Source: Eledone cirrhosa (lineage: Eukaryota). From it: a DNA stretch of 64,000 nucleotides. The notes under the pieces were generated by a model. It was not told the DNA's origin. It was given only the letters and a program-made list of their open reading frames with translations, and ran no database searches. This document shows, piece after piece, positions 1 to 14,490 of this stretch. Positions within the stretch are counted from its first letter, which is position 1. Every line of letters starts with the position of its first letter. The translations under genes and the position numbers were made by a program. The stretch spans positions 24,738,001 to 24,802,000 of the forward strand of contig OZ024763.1 in the NCBI GenBank assembly GCA_964016885.1. The letters are read 5' to 3'.

Positions 1-685
1 CACTATCGGAGATGGAAATCAGTTTCTATTGAAAGATGATGAATTTTTCAATTTCAAAGAATAGAAGAGGAAGGGCTGGGGGGCAGAGGAAGAGGAGGGG
101 GGTTGGTGGTAGTAAGGGAGAAAGAGGTGGTGGCATTTGAGGCCGAGGAGAAGAGGGTGGCGGTAGAGGACAGTGGGGCGTAGAAAAAAAAGAGGGTGAA
201 GGTGGTGGTGGTGGTGGTGATGGTAGAGAAGGAGGAGGGTGAGAGGGAAGAAGAAAAAAAAGGAAGAAAGAGGTGGAAACATGGGGGAGGAGGTGGTGGT
301 GGAAGAAGTATGAGGGCGAAGGGGAGGAGTGTTCTAGGAAAGTCAAAAGTTTTCAGACGAGATAAGGGTGGGTCAGAGTTGAGGAGGAGGGAGAGAATGA
401 AGAGGTGGAACTGGAGGAGATGGTGGGAGAGGGATGAGAGGGAAAGTGATGAGAAGGAAGAGGAGGGGGGGAGGTTGATCCTAGGAAAAAACGGCGAAAG
501 TTTCCAGAATTGTCAAGGAAATGTAATATAAAGAGATGATACAAATATAATAAAAAAGTAAGAATTTAATACAATGTACGGAACAGCACATAGATACACA
601 CACACACACACACACACACATACACACACACCCACACACACACATATATATATAGATGCATATATACACTGGTACATATGTACGC

Positions 686-755
<70 letters not shown>

Positions 756-975
756 GTACATATATATATATATACACACATATATGTGTGTGTATATATG
801 TATGTATATATATAAGTATATGTGCACAAAAAATGAATAGATATATTCTTACACACAGACATATCCAATCATCCACACACAAACATAGATTTACATATAT
901 ATACTACATATATATACATACCTACATATATACGTATATATATATATGTGTGTGTGTGCCTCTTACTGTGTGTAC

Positions 976-1024
<49 letters not shown>

Positions 1025-1026
1025 TA

Positions 1027-1151
<125 letters not shown>

Positions 1152-1742
1152 GTGTACATACATACCGATATACATGTACATCGGGAGGGTAACACCACGT
1201 TATATGAAGAGAAAAAAAATGTCACAAAAAAACTACAGAAACAAGGGGAGAGAACAATGGGAACAGAAACAGAAATAGGAATAAGAACGAAGAAAAAATA
1301 CAACAGCAACAGCAACAACAACTACTGCTACTACTACAACCACAATAACAACAACAAAAAATTAATAATACTACAATGAAAGAAAGAGAAAAAAAAATAT
1401 GAATCGAAAAAAAGCAAAGATGTTTAAATGAGCAGGACAGAAATGTAACGATGTTAATAATGAAATATTTCACCACTGGGCGCCATCTTTGAATGGTTGT
1501 GTTATATTAGAGTGTTCAAGTCGGCCATCTTTCATGTGGTTTCGACCCCCTCTTCCTACACATCTCTCACTCCCTACCCCGCCTTTCATTCGTGGCAAAC
1601 ATCGATTAATTAAAAAGAACACAACAAAGGAATTTTCGAGGGTAGGGGAAGCGAGAAGAAGTGGAGAGGGAAATATAGCTATGTATGTATTTATACACTT
1701 ATGTATATGTATAAATGTATGTACGTATGTATGCGTGTATGA

Positions 1743-1837
<95 letters not shown>

Positions 1838-1914
1838 CAAAATTTCATATATACGAAACTTTTTAGAATGATAAATTCCCATCTCTCTCACTCTATCTAT
1901 CTATCTCTCTATCT

Positions 1915-1960
<46 letters not shown>

Positions 1961-2244
1961 GTGTGTATGTGTTTATATATATGTAGTATATGTGTTTATA
2001 TATATGTGTGTTTATATATATATATATATATTTTTTTTTTTTTATATACATATATATGTATATGTTTATATATATATATGTATATATATATATTTTTATA
2101 TATATGTATGTATATACAATCAGTCACGTACATATATTGGATTATGAAGCTATACAAAGGCCGTCTATGCTTATTTATCTCTCTATGTCTGTATAGTTTT
2201 TTTTTCTGTGTATGTATGCATAGGTCCGTTAGTGAACACAACGG

Positions 2245-2275
<31 letters not shown>

Positions 2276-2414
2276 AATGTAACATGCAGTAACTGCAGGT
2301 TCCAGAGTCGAGGTAGATCGATACAGATCGAACCTTGAGCCCATAAATATCGAAAGGCGCGTCACTACTTAATAATCGTAATGAAGACATAACAAATCGT
2401 CTTTTTATTATATT

Positions 2415-2639
<225 letters not shown>

Positions 2640-3019
2640 TTCGGATCTAGCTGTCGAAACGGCCGGAGCTCAGTCGTCGTGGTCCTGAATCTTTTCATAT
2701 ATATATAAAAATATATTATTCAGAATATTAATAAATGAAGACATTCACATAATCAAAATATGTTTTATTATATATATTTCGAAGGTACTGTGCTGTTTTT
2801 TTCAGTACGTCCTCGCCAGGTAAAATACATGAATTGATGTATGACATACCTCAACGGTCTTGATCGTTCAATTCCAGTATTGGCAGTTTCATAATAACTC
2901 CAAAAAACTTCTCTAAGATGTGCTTTTAATCTATTGTAAAACTATATTCATTGAGTAATCAATGAACCATATTAATCTTTGGTCGTATATATAAATATAT
3001 ATATATATGGAATGATACC

Positions 3020-3345
3020 TCGTTGTGTTACCTCACCAGTCGAGATTCCTTGATCCAATGAACAATACTTTTTGCCTCGATCTAGCATTATCACTCCGAA
3101 ATCCGTTAACTTTCCTCCTCTGTCAACACATAACATATCCAGATACGTTTTTACAAGACGACCGCTACTTCTATGACCTAGTACAGGCTTCCATAACAGA
3201 ACACGACTGGCACACTCGTTGTTTGCCCTGTAACAATGTGTGCCACAAAATGTATCCATCTTAGACGAACAATATCCCACGCGTGAGGAATATCCAGAGG
3301 GAAATCTCAATTTGTGACTCTCTGTCGCCAAGGTATGTTGAAAGT
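3020..3345 (-). pseudogene. Degenerate RTE-like LINE C-terminal fragment
   Basis: THCYRANNECASRVLLWKP...GRLVKTYLDML resembles the RTE 'GHC.R...LLW.P..GRP..TY' tail. Confidence 0.65.
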
Positions 3346-3549
3346 GTGTCTCAGAAATCTCTTAGATTGGGAGAGTCTGAAGAGCGTCAGACACCTAGCT
3401 ACAAATCTTTCCAGCGAATCTTTCCAGAGATATTCTAATACCATACCCATAGTATTGGAGCTGTGATCTTTCAATTGGGAAAATGAGCGGCTCTACCTGG
3501 AGTGACTCTCTGATTTCTAAGCTATTAATATCATCTAAAAACGAAAGGC

Positions 3550-3740
3550 GGTAGATTGGCAGTATCGGTAGAGCGTCAGACACCATGCTTACAGCACAGA
3601 GTTATGGCCCTTTACATTATGAGTTCACATCCCGCCGAGGTTAACTTTGCCTTTCATCCTTACGTGGTCGATAAAATAAAGTGCCAGTAATGCACTGGGT
3701 AATTGCTGGCCTTGTGCCAAAAGTAGAAACAATTATTAAT
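3550..3740 (+). mobile_element. tRNA-derived SINE, family A (resembles the abundant octopus SINE)
   Basis: A-box TGGCAGTATCGG and B-box GAGTTCACATCC, body CTTTGCCTTTCATCC...GTCGATAAAATAAAGT.CCAGT and (ATT)n tail. Confidence 0.85.
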
Positions 3741-3884
3741 ATTCAAAAAACTCAGATAACATTTGTTATATATATATATATGCAAGAGATGTCATCATGA
3801 ATGGACCTGTTATTTTTATCTAAAGATATTTTTTTAAATTTCACCTACCCGTCCCTTCAATCTATTTTATTCCTAATTCTTTTT

Positions 3885-3922
3885 TTTTTCTGATGAAGGA
3901 CTAGCGTCCGAAATGTTAAGAC
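3885..3922 (+). ncRNA. Minimal hammerhead motif, family H2
   Basis: TTTT-CTGATGA-A-GGAC(TAGC)GTCC-GAA-ATGT-T^AAGA. Confidence 0.65.
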
Positions 3923-4040
3923 CCTCTTCCTGCTATATCAAGCGATATACTGTACCGATTGTGTCGTTATTTCTGTTGGCCTTTTACACACATACACACA
4001 TACACACACACATACACATACACACACACATATATATATG

Positions 4041-4240
4041 AAGGCGCGTGGCTGGTGGTTACAGAATTGGATTCGCAATCGTTAGGTTGTGAGTTCGATT
4101 CCGGGACCGGGCGATGCGTTATCTCATTGAGCAAGACACATTATTTCACGTTGCTCCTTCTACCTGGTGTTGCGACCCATAGATAGTATTAGCAATTGAA
4201 AAGACCAATGGAAACAGTGTTTCCCCGGTCCGATTTGACG
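4041..4240 (+). mobile_element. tRNA-derived SINE, family B (CORE-like centre)
   Basis: GGCGCGTGGCTGGTGG A-box, GAGTTCGATTCC B-box, TTGAGCAAGACAC and tail AGATAGTATTAGCAATTGAAAAGACCAATGG. Second copy at about 57955-58120. Confidence 0.8.
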
Positions 4241-4471
4241 AATGTCGAGCGTTCCTTGTCTTTCCTTTATATATATATATATATATATATATAGTGTATG
4301 TTTACCTTTAGGAATGTGGTAAGCGGTAGTTACAACTCTTCTTCAGCTTCTAGATCTCCACTTGACATCATACATCACCACATTATCTGATTGTGTACAA
4401 ATGTTACACATGTCCGATTTAAACAACGCCTACATGAAGAGAATCCATAAATAATACATACATGCCTATAC

Positions 4472-4528
<57 letters not shown>

Positions 4529-4670
4529 TATACATGTATATTAACATATATATATACATATATACACACATATATATCTATATTATATATACACTTAAGT
4601 ATATATGTATCCATATATATATATATGTATATATAAATACACATTCACACACATATATCTGTACATTTGT

Positions 4671-4715
<45 letters not shown>

Positions 4716-4750
4716 CAGATATACATACATATATATAGATACTTATACAT

Positions 4751-4845
<95 letters not shown>

Positions 4846-5241
4846 AATACAGATATACATATATATACATATATACGTATATATACGTATATATACGTAT
4901 ATATGTACAGATACAAATATATATAAGTGTATGTGCGTGTAACTCTGTGTGCAGGTTCGTGAAGAATATGGGATATGCAATATCCTTCTATCGATATTCG
5001 CCTATTGTATTATCAATCATATTTCATAGATGAAAGGACTTGATGAGAGCCAGGTACGCCGCTGTGAATGATAATGGCGGTGGCTTGGAGTAATATACTA
5101 GTAAAACAAAGCATATCATATATATATAATCCATTCGTCCTTGTTTTATTTTATATATATATCTATATCTATATATATATATATATTTATATATATAACT
5201 GTATCTGTACATATATACATATGTATATATATGTATATATA

Positions 5242-5339
<98 letters not shown>

Positions 5340-5395
5340 CATATAGATATGTGTATCAGTATATATATATATATATATATATAAATGTGTGTATC

Positions 5396-5447
<52 letters not shown>

Positions 5448-5609
5448 TATATACACACATATATATATATACAGATATGCACTGTTTATATACATATATA
5501 TATACACACACACGCTTATATATATGTATATATATATATATTATTACGTATAAGGTATTTGTTATATGATATTTTCATACAACCTTATATACACTTGCAT
5601 ATATAATAT

Positions 5610-5675
<66 letters not shown>

Positions 5676-6339
5676 TGTGCGTAAGTACGTATATATATAC
5701 ATATATATATCAAACTGGATTTGGATGACATGAAATGGCCGCCGTAGATATTAACTCTAGCGAGAGTGAAGTCTCTTTATTACAAAAGGACTTTACATGT
5801 ACACAGGAAATGTTAAGGTTCCTTGACGTCTGAACTGACGGCCATTTTCCGCCTTCTTCTATACCATTGTTTATAATTGTGTACATAGAATGAGAACTGG
5901 CAGAGTTGCTAGAACATCGGGTAGAATTTGGTGTTGTATTCCTTCCGAATATCTGCGGTCAGATTTCGAAACACGACGAGGTTAAATCTCGAACTTGTAA
6001 GCTCAGCATTGCTATAAATGCGTCTTTGGTACTGCATTAAGCAATAACTTGCTTACGATATATATATTCAAATGTGTGGGGGTGGATGGATGGATCGCTT
6101 TACGGCCGTCCTATAAAAATGTCATCATTAACTACATTTAGTTGTCAAATAGATCTTTAAAGTGTTCAGCACACCGACTCTTGATACCAAGTGGATCTTT
6201 GATGAGGACGATCCCATTTTTTCACTTTAATAGAACTATGTAAGTATATATGGATGTATACGTGAATGTATGTATGTATGTATTTATGCATGTGTCTATG
6301 TAGGTATGTATCTTATGTATGTATGTCAGGTCGCTCTTG

Positions 6340-6890
6340 AATCTACTGGTAACATGTAACCCAGTACAACCTGTCTCATGGAATGTTTTACATGTTTTTA
6401 CTGTTCCATTAATGGATTGTACTCGTAATTTCCTAACTAGTCGTGTTCCTTCTGGTTCTGTGAAGCCTAGCTTCTCAAGATTTATACTGAGGCAGTTATT
6501 AACATATCCCAGTACCCCAATAATCACAGGTATAAATCTGAAGGTATAGTCAGGGTGGAGTATCTGCAGATTTCTCATCAGTTCTGCATAAATATTCTCC
6601 TTTTCACTAATCTTTGATATTATATTGGCATCTGTTGGGCAGCTAACTTCCACTACTGTGCATGCCTTCTTCTCTCTGTCCCATATCATTATATCTGGTC
6701 TGTTATGCCAGCATTTTATTGGGGCTTTTACTGGAACATTCCACCAGTACTCTTTCATATTATGTATGTGTATACCTTCCACATTGCTGTAACAATTAAT
6801 GTGTTTATTATCGGGGCCATCTTCTCTACGGATTGCATTGTACAGTGTTTTGGCCACTATATCATGCCCCAAGTAGATGTACAATCGTCC
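6340..6890 (-). pseudogene. 3' fragment of an R4/Dong-like non-LTR element (restriction-like endonuclease domain)
   Basis: YLGHDIVAK (degenerate RHD), HNRPDIMIWD...VEVSCP...K..EK...Y (PD-(D/E)xK RLE) and FIPVIIGVLG. The 3' end runs into degenerate (CATA)n. Confidence 0.8.
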
Positions 6891-7035
6891 TACTATTTCT
6901 AAAGTACGGGAAATTTGTTTATGATATACCGCGTTCTTTTGCTGTGAGATAATTTTGCTATCTTGACGTTTGATAATACAAATAATTCACAAGAATTTTC
7001 TTGTAAAAGTCACAATGTATGTTTTGAGACAATGA

Positions 7036-7118
7036 TTACTGATGAGTTTGGCGTCCTAATTTACTAATTAATTGTCTAAATTAGTATCTATTCTTTGTCA
7101 AACGAAACCGCAGTATAA
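7036..7118 (+). ncRNA. Type I hammerhead motif with long stem II
   Basis: TTA-CTGATGA-GTTTGGCG...TGTCAAAC-GAA-ACCGCAGT-A^TAA. Stem III is one substitution from the palindrome ACTGCAGT, and stem I is only 3 bp. Confidence 0.6.
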
Positions 7119-7295
7119 GAACTCGTTTGTAGGTAATATATTTTTATTTTCCATACAATGCTTACTTTTAAAATGCTATGATTAATCGCAACTAAATATA
7201 ATTGGTATAAATGGAACTCTACAAAATATAGTTTTTAGCCTGTAATGTATTTATGGTATTTATGTATTAATGCTATTTATGGTGTAATATGACTA

Positions 7296-7359
<64 letters not shown>

Positions 7360-7614
7360 TGGAAAATGTGTGAAATCCTTGGTACAGATCTCTTATATAT
7401 AGAGTCACACATCACAGTACAACCTGATCTCAGTTTGACAATCGCCACCGACGAAAGCGAGAGAGTTCTCCAGGAAAGTTAACCAGGAATCTTTAAAAAT
7501 CTCCCCACTGAAGTTAACAAAGAACTTACTAGATTTACAAAACCAAATTGTAAAGTCATAATATTATAAAATTAAATTAAATTGTTCAGAACTACAAGTG
7601 AAGTCATTATTTTC

Positions 7615-7657
<43 letters not shown>

Positions 7658-7946
7658 CAAATAACGAAACGAAATTAAATTTCGTTTCGTTTGTAACTCA
7701 CTTTTGTATGACTGACGCTTAAACAATTAAGTTAAAAATGTACATCTACATATGCATACTGAAATACTAGTGTGTATTTGAATACACACACGTATACATA
7801 TGTAGATGTAACATGTCTTTCACTGGTTGCTTTACTGTGAGCAACCCAGCTATTCTGTATGTAAACACACAGACAAATCGGTTTTTAGAGTCATACTGGT
7901 TTTCGAGGAAACACCTTCCCTCTATTCTCCAGAAAGCCAGACAAGG

Positions 7947-7991
7947 AATATTGAACTAGTTTCGTTGTTGTTACAACTCATCAGCAATATT
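7947..7991 (-). ncRNA. Minimal type I hammerhead ribozyme (inverted copy)
   Basis: Exact reverse complement of 8170-8214. Confidence 0.9.
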
Positions 7992-8169
7992 TACCTATCT
8001 ACCGGCCCTTCTGGAGAATTGTAAAAGCACATATCGTTATATGCTTTTTCTATGAACCGGTGCGTACTCTCACTCTATGCAAATTAGTCTGCCCACTACT
8101 AATTTTCATAGAAAAAGCATATAACGATATGTGCTTTTACAATTCTCCAGAAGGGCCGGTAGATAGGTA

Positions 8170-8214
8170 AATATTGCTGATGAGTTGTAACAACAACGAA
8201 ACTAGTTCAATATT
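8170..8214 (+). ncRNA. Minimal type I hammerhead ribozyme
   Basis: AATATTG-CTGATGA-GTTGT(AACA)ACAAC-GAA-ACTAGT-T^CAATATT: 7-bp stem I, 5-bp stem II, palindromic stem III and GUU site. Confidence 0.9.
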
Positions 8215-8636
8215 CCATGCCTGGCTTTCTGGAGAATAGAGGGAAGGTGTTTCCTCGAAAACCAGTATGACTCTAAAAACCGGTTTGTCTGTGTGTTTAC
8301 ATACAGAATAGCTGGGTTGCTCACAGTAAAGCAACCAGTGAAAGACTTGTTACATCTACATATGTATACGTGTGTGTATTCATATACACACTAGTATTTC
8401 AGTATGCATATGTAGATGTACATTTTTAACTTAATTGTTTAAGCGTCAGTCATACAAAAGTGAGTTACAAACGAAACGAAATTTAATTTCGTTTCGTTAT
8501 TTGTTTTTATCGTCTCCGCTGAACCGGTGCGTACTCACACTCTATGCAAATTAGTCTGCCCACTACTAATTTTCATAGAAAAAGCATATAACGATATGTG
8601 CTTTTACAATTCTCCAGAAGGGCCGGTAGATAGGTA

Positions 8637-8681
8637 AATATTGCTGATGAGTTGTAACAACAACGAAACTAGTTCAATATT
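8637..8681 (+). ncRNA. Minimal type I hammerhead ribozyme (identical second tandem copy)
   Basis: Same sequence as 8170-8214, 467 bp downstream. Confidence 0.9.
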
Positions 8682-8970
8682 CCTTGTCTGGCTTTCTGGA
8701 GAATAGAGGGAAGGTGTTTCGTCGAAAACCAGTATGACTCTAAAAACCGGTTTGTCTGTGTGTTTACATACAGAATAGCTGGGTTGCTCACAGTAAAGCA
8801 ACCAGTGAAAAACTTGTTACATCTACATATGTATACGTGTGTGTATTCATATACACACTAGTATTTCAGTATGCATATGTAGATGTACATTTTTAACTTA
8901 ATTGTTTAAGCGTCAGTCATACAAAAGTGAGTTACAAACGAAACGAAATTTAATTTCGTTTCGTTATTTG

Positions 8971-9025
<55 letters not shown>

Positions 9026-9215
9026 TTTTATATATAAATATATATATTTATAATGATGTGCACATGAATTTATATATACATAAATGTATATATGTGTGTG
9101 TTTGTGTCGGTGGGTGTACTTTGTATATATGTATATTTGATTTGTACTTTATATATATATATATTTATATATATGTGTGTGTGTCTCTATCTGTCTGTGT
9201 GAGTGTGTGTGTGTG

Positions 9216-9262
<47 letters not shown>

Positions 9263-9400
9263 GAAACGGATATGACGTGTCTTTGGGTCATTTCAATATT
9301 CTAGTTCACGTAATGAAGTCCTATAGGCATATTCAATATACGCCATTGTAATTTGCAGTACACCACAGAACACACAAATTCTCATTAGCGTGAAAATGCA

Positions 9401-9545
<145 letters not shown>

Positions 9546-9606
9546 CTATCAGAAAATAAATAAGACAAACGAAGGAGTAAATGGTACAAATATTATTAGT
9601 GTTATG

Positions 9607-9675
<69 letters not shown>

Positions 9676-9717
9676 GGGCGTGTGTTCACTTGTGATAAAA
9701 CATGTATGTAAATATAC

Positions 9718-9758
<41 letters not shown>

Positions 9759-9957
9759 TATGCATATACACTTTTATATATGTATATATATATATGCGTG
9801 CGTGATTGTGTATGTATATATATATATATATATATATACATATATATATTTGTGCGTTTGTGTATGTACTGATTTTTTGCCCCCATAAAGTCAACGTTCT
9901 AGTGATATCCACATTTTGCAGTGCCTTCCTCCATTTTGTTGTACTTGCTGCAATGTT

Positions 9958-10071
9958 ACGTACTTCAATACATATGTATACCTCTCGTTGGCTTTGTTGC
10001 AGTTGTTTGCATTTTGTATATATATATATATATATACAGAGAGAGAGAGATATGTATATATATATATATAA

Positions 10072-10104
<33 letters not shown>

Positions 10105-11040
10105 CTCTTCATTGCTGTAGTGGAGTCTGTACTGCTGTATGGACACTGACCAAGAAACTCGCTTAGATGGTGGATGGGTGCTACACGAGAATGCTGAGGA
10201 TGACTCTGAACATTAATCAGTATACACTGAGGATGAAAAACTCAGAGCTGTATGGGAGTATCCCAAAAGTCAGCTCAAAAGTGACACAGAGGAGACTGGG
10301 GTTGGCTGGACATGCTCACCGACATCCAGAGTTGACACTGCACTCAGTACTCCTTTGCGAGCCCCTACATGGACACACTAGAAGAGGAAGACCAAGGTTA
10401 ACGTATGTTGATGCCCTAAGGACAGACACTGGTCTGTTGGAGATGCAGGACATGGCAGCGATAATGAGGGACAGAGACCGCTGGAGAGAACTCGTCCATG
10501 GATCTCGGGAATTTTACCCGCCTTAGATAGATATATATATATATACATATATCTATATAGCTGGAAATATTCATTAGTTAAGCAAAACAAGACCACAAAT
10601 TTCACAAGGAAGACATTAAAAGATTGTCAACATATTTTAGTTTGATGTAAGGAATGTAGAGAATAATAATAATAATAATAATATTAATAATAATAATGTC
10701 CGTTTACAATTGTTTCGCTGTTCCATATAATTTTTAAATATGTTAATTATTTTCAACTGAACCAGATCAATAATGATATATAGTCATCTGATCCAGAAAT
10801 ATTATATGGAGAAGCGAAACAATTGTAAACGGACATTATTAAAATAAAGTTCCAGTAATACACTGGTATATTGCTGGCCTTGTGCCAAAAGTAGAAACAA
10901 TTATTATTAATATTATTATTATTATTATTATTCTCTACATTCCTTACATCAAACTAAAATATGTTGACAATCTTTTAATGTCTTTCTTGTGAAATTTGTG
11001 GTCTTGTTTTGCTTAACTAATGAATATTTCCAGGTATATA

Positions 11041-11133
<93 letters not shown>

Positions 11134-11241
11134 CTCTCTCTCTCTATATATATATATTTATATATATATATATATATATATACAAAATGCAAACAACTGC
11201 AACAAACCCAACGAGAGGTATACATATGTATTGAAGTACGT
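9958..11241. repeat. Large imperfect inverted duplication (arms 9958-10719 and 10813-11241)
   Basis: Unique blocks and the intervening GA/TA microsatellites are mirrored, and each arm carries a different later insertion. Confidence 0.85.
10104..10526 (+). pseudogene. RTE-like LINE 3' fragment
   Basis: [19 protein letters not shown]...RRLGLAGHAHRH...GRPRLTYVD...RDRWR, with a stop and frameshift at the 5' side. Embedded in (TA)n. Confidence 0.8.
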
Positions 11242-11624
11242 CTTGTTTTGCTTAACTAATGAATATATATATATATATACATGTATATATATACATGTAT
11301 ATATATATAGATGTATATATATAGATACATATATATATATATAGAATATGTATATATAAATATATACATGAATATATATATATAATACGTATATACGTGC
11401 ATATATATGCTATATATATATACGTGTGTTTACACTCGCATAAACATACATGTACGAGGCGAAAATAAATTAAAGACAAAACACTTCCTTAGAGGAAATG
11501 GAGAAAAAAGCGAAAAATCGTTTCAATCTGAAGAAATAGGATTCTAAGTAAGAAAATTTGATGACATTTTAAGTGAAAAAATGGTTTCTAGAAATGTGGA
11601 GAGCTGATGAAGCCTCTCTCTCTC

Positions 11625-11674
<50 letters not shown>

Positions 11675-11842
11675 CGTGTGTGTATCTATGTATGTACCTA
11701 TGGATGTGTAGTTATGTATGCAATCATATATATATATATATATATATATATACAGCATATATATATATGTGTATATACGGTATATATATATGTATATATA
11801 TATATGTATATATATGTATATATATATATGTATATATATAGA

Positions 11843-11913
<71 letters not shown>

Positions 11914-11974
11914 CAGTAATAAACGAAGCTAGATTTTAAATAAATATTTAACTTTATTTATTTAATTTTAGTTT

Positions 11975-12075
<101 letters not shown>

Positions 12076-12077
12076 TG

Positions 12078-12113
<36 letters not shown>

Positions 12114-12141
12114 AATATGTATATATATATTTATATATATA

Positions 12142-12182
<41 letters not shown>

Positions 12183-12204
12183 TTATATCTATATATGTAT
12201 ATAT

Positions 12205-12288
<84 letters not shown>

Positions 12289-12561
12289 TTATATATATAT
12301 ATAAATGTATATATGTTTATATACATATATGTATATACATATACACCTTGAAAATTTAGAAAGTAATAGCAGATAAACGGATATGTATCGTATGATTTTA
12401 ATGACAATAAAAATTGTTTCGCTGGAAAATAAAATAATTTTTCACATTCTTCACTTCTTTCTAAATGTTTGATATTTATTGGAGAAAATTGAGTGTTTTT
12501 TAACTTCATTTATTTTACTGATGAAGTCTTAGTGTCACACACTTAGCTACATACGTGGATA

Positions 12562-12626
<65 letters not shown>

Positions 12627-12642
12627 GTGTGTGTGTGTGTGT

Positions 12643-12695
<53 letters not shown>

Positions 12696-12791
12696 AACAA
12701 ATATATATATATATATAAATATATACATATATATATATATGTATCTATGTTTATATCAATATATATATATGTATGTATCTATGTATGCATG

Positions 12792-12823
<32 letters not shown>

Positions 12824-12833
12824 TGTATATACA

Positions 12834-12906
<73 letters not shown>

Positions 12907-13014
12907 TTCTATTTATATATATATGTATATGTAGACATGTATGGATATATACATATATGTATGTATATGTATGCATATACCTATGCCTGGATGTGTGTAG
13001 TTATGTATGCATGC

Positions 13015-13045
<31 letters not shown>

Positions 13046-13128
13046 AATGCATGCATACATACCTGCATACACAGCCATATATATATATTTATACACACAC
13101 AAACACACACACATATATATATATATAT

Positions 13129-13308
<180 letters not shown>

Positions 13309-13400
13309 ATACACACTTACGCAGTTGCTATATACACATAAACATGTGAAGAGGCATGGATATAGATATGCACACTCAAACACACAGTGATACGCATAAA

Positions 13401-13465
<65 letters not shown>

Positions 13466-13570
13466 AGCATGAGTACACCGACTCCTCTAAATAAATGATC
13501 TAAAATATAGATGTTCGCGCATACACACAGCTCTCACCTCACTTTCTATTTATCTCCTATTTCTAACTCT

Positions 13571-13798
13571 GTCTTCTGATGAAGGACTAGCATCCGAAGC
13601 GTTAAGACTCTCTTCCTGCTATTTCAACCATTAGACTAATATATTTTTTCCACGTACTGTGCCATTTGTTTTATTATTTCTGTTTACCTTATGGTAACAT
13701 GAATAGACCTCTTATTTTTCTCTAAAGACAATTTTTTCAATCTATCTTATTTCTCATTCTTTCTTCTGATGAAGGACTAGCGTCCGAAGCGTTAAGAC
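13571..13798 (+). ncRNA. Two family H2 hammerhead motifs 190 bp apart (13571-13608 and 13761-13798)
   Basis: GTCTT-CTGATGA-AGGACTAGCATCC-GAAGCGTT-AAGAC and TCTT-CTGATGA-AGGACTAGCGTCC-GAAGCGTT-AAGA. Both have G in place of A15.1. Confidence 0.6.
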
Positions 13799-14490
13799 CC
13801 TCTTGCTGCTATTTCAAACATTCACCTAATATATTCCTTCCATATATAGTACCGATTGTGTTGTTATTTCTGTTTACTTTTTATATACATAAATATGTAC
13901 GTCAATACTCATCTTTTTCCATTTCTCCGAGGGTTCTTAACCCCACTATCAGGCTAAATAATTTCTTTAATTTCTTTAGTCAAAATACGGCAATAGCTTA
14001 CATTTATAATAATTTCAAATCCACTCGGTGTTTCGAAAATATTCTTACTTGATATATATATATAGATGAGATTCTACGGGACTAGAACTGTTTCATTCTT
14101 TAGAAATCATCAATCATCAGGAATCAGTCCCGTAGAATCTCATCTATATTAAAACGTTTATACTCTGCAATGTATTGAGTACCTTACTTACTGTGGTTAC
14201 CTCCGATTCAACCCGGAATAACGTATATATATATATATATATATTTCGTTTCTGAATTTGTTTAGCAAGATTTTTTATCTGAAAACGTGTGTTGAAACCG
14301 ATATTGTTATACTTTGGGAGGGTCATGTTGCCAATAAGAAACCCACGCACCAGTAGCTTTCACTCAAATTTATTATAAATTAAATTTATAAATTTAAGAA
14401 TTTATAAATTTTCGGTTGGTTGGTTGATTGGTTCATAGATGGCGTAGGACAGAACAAAGGAGAGGCACAAAACAAAGAGAAGAATCCCAA

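Larger units (their letters stand above)
7653..8975. mobile_element. Penelope-like/retrozyme-like non-coding element: one inverted copy plus two tandem 467-bp units, in (TA)n
   Basis: 7653-8055 is the reverse complement of about 8103-8508. Direct units start at 8053 and 8520, and each copy carries a hammerhead. Confidence 0.8.

Noticed and set aside
4041-4105. tRNA gene
   Set aside because: It has A/B boxes but no cloverleaf and continues into a SINE body.
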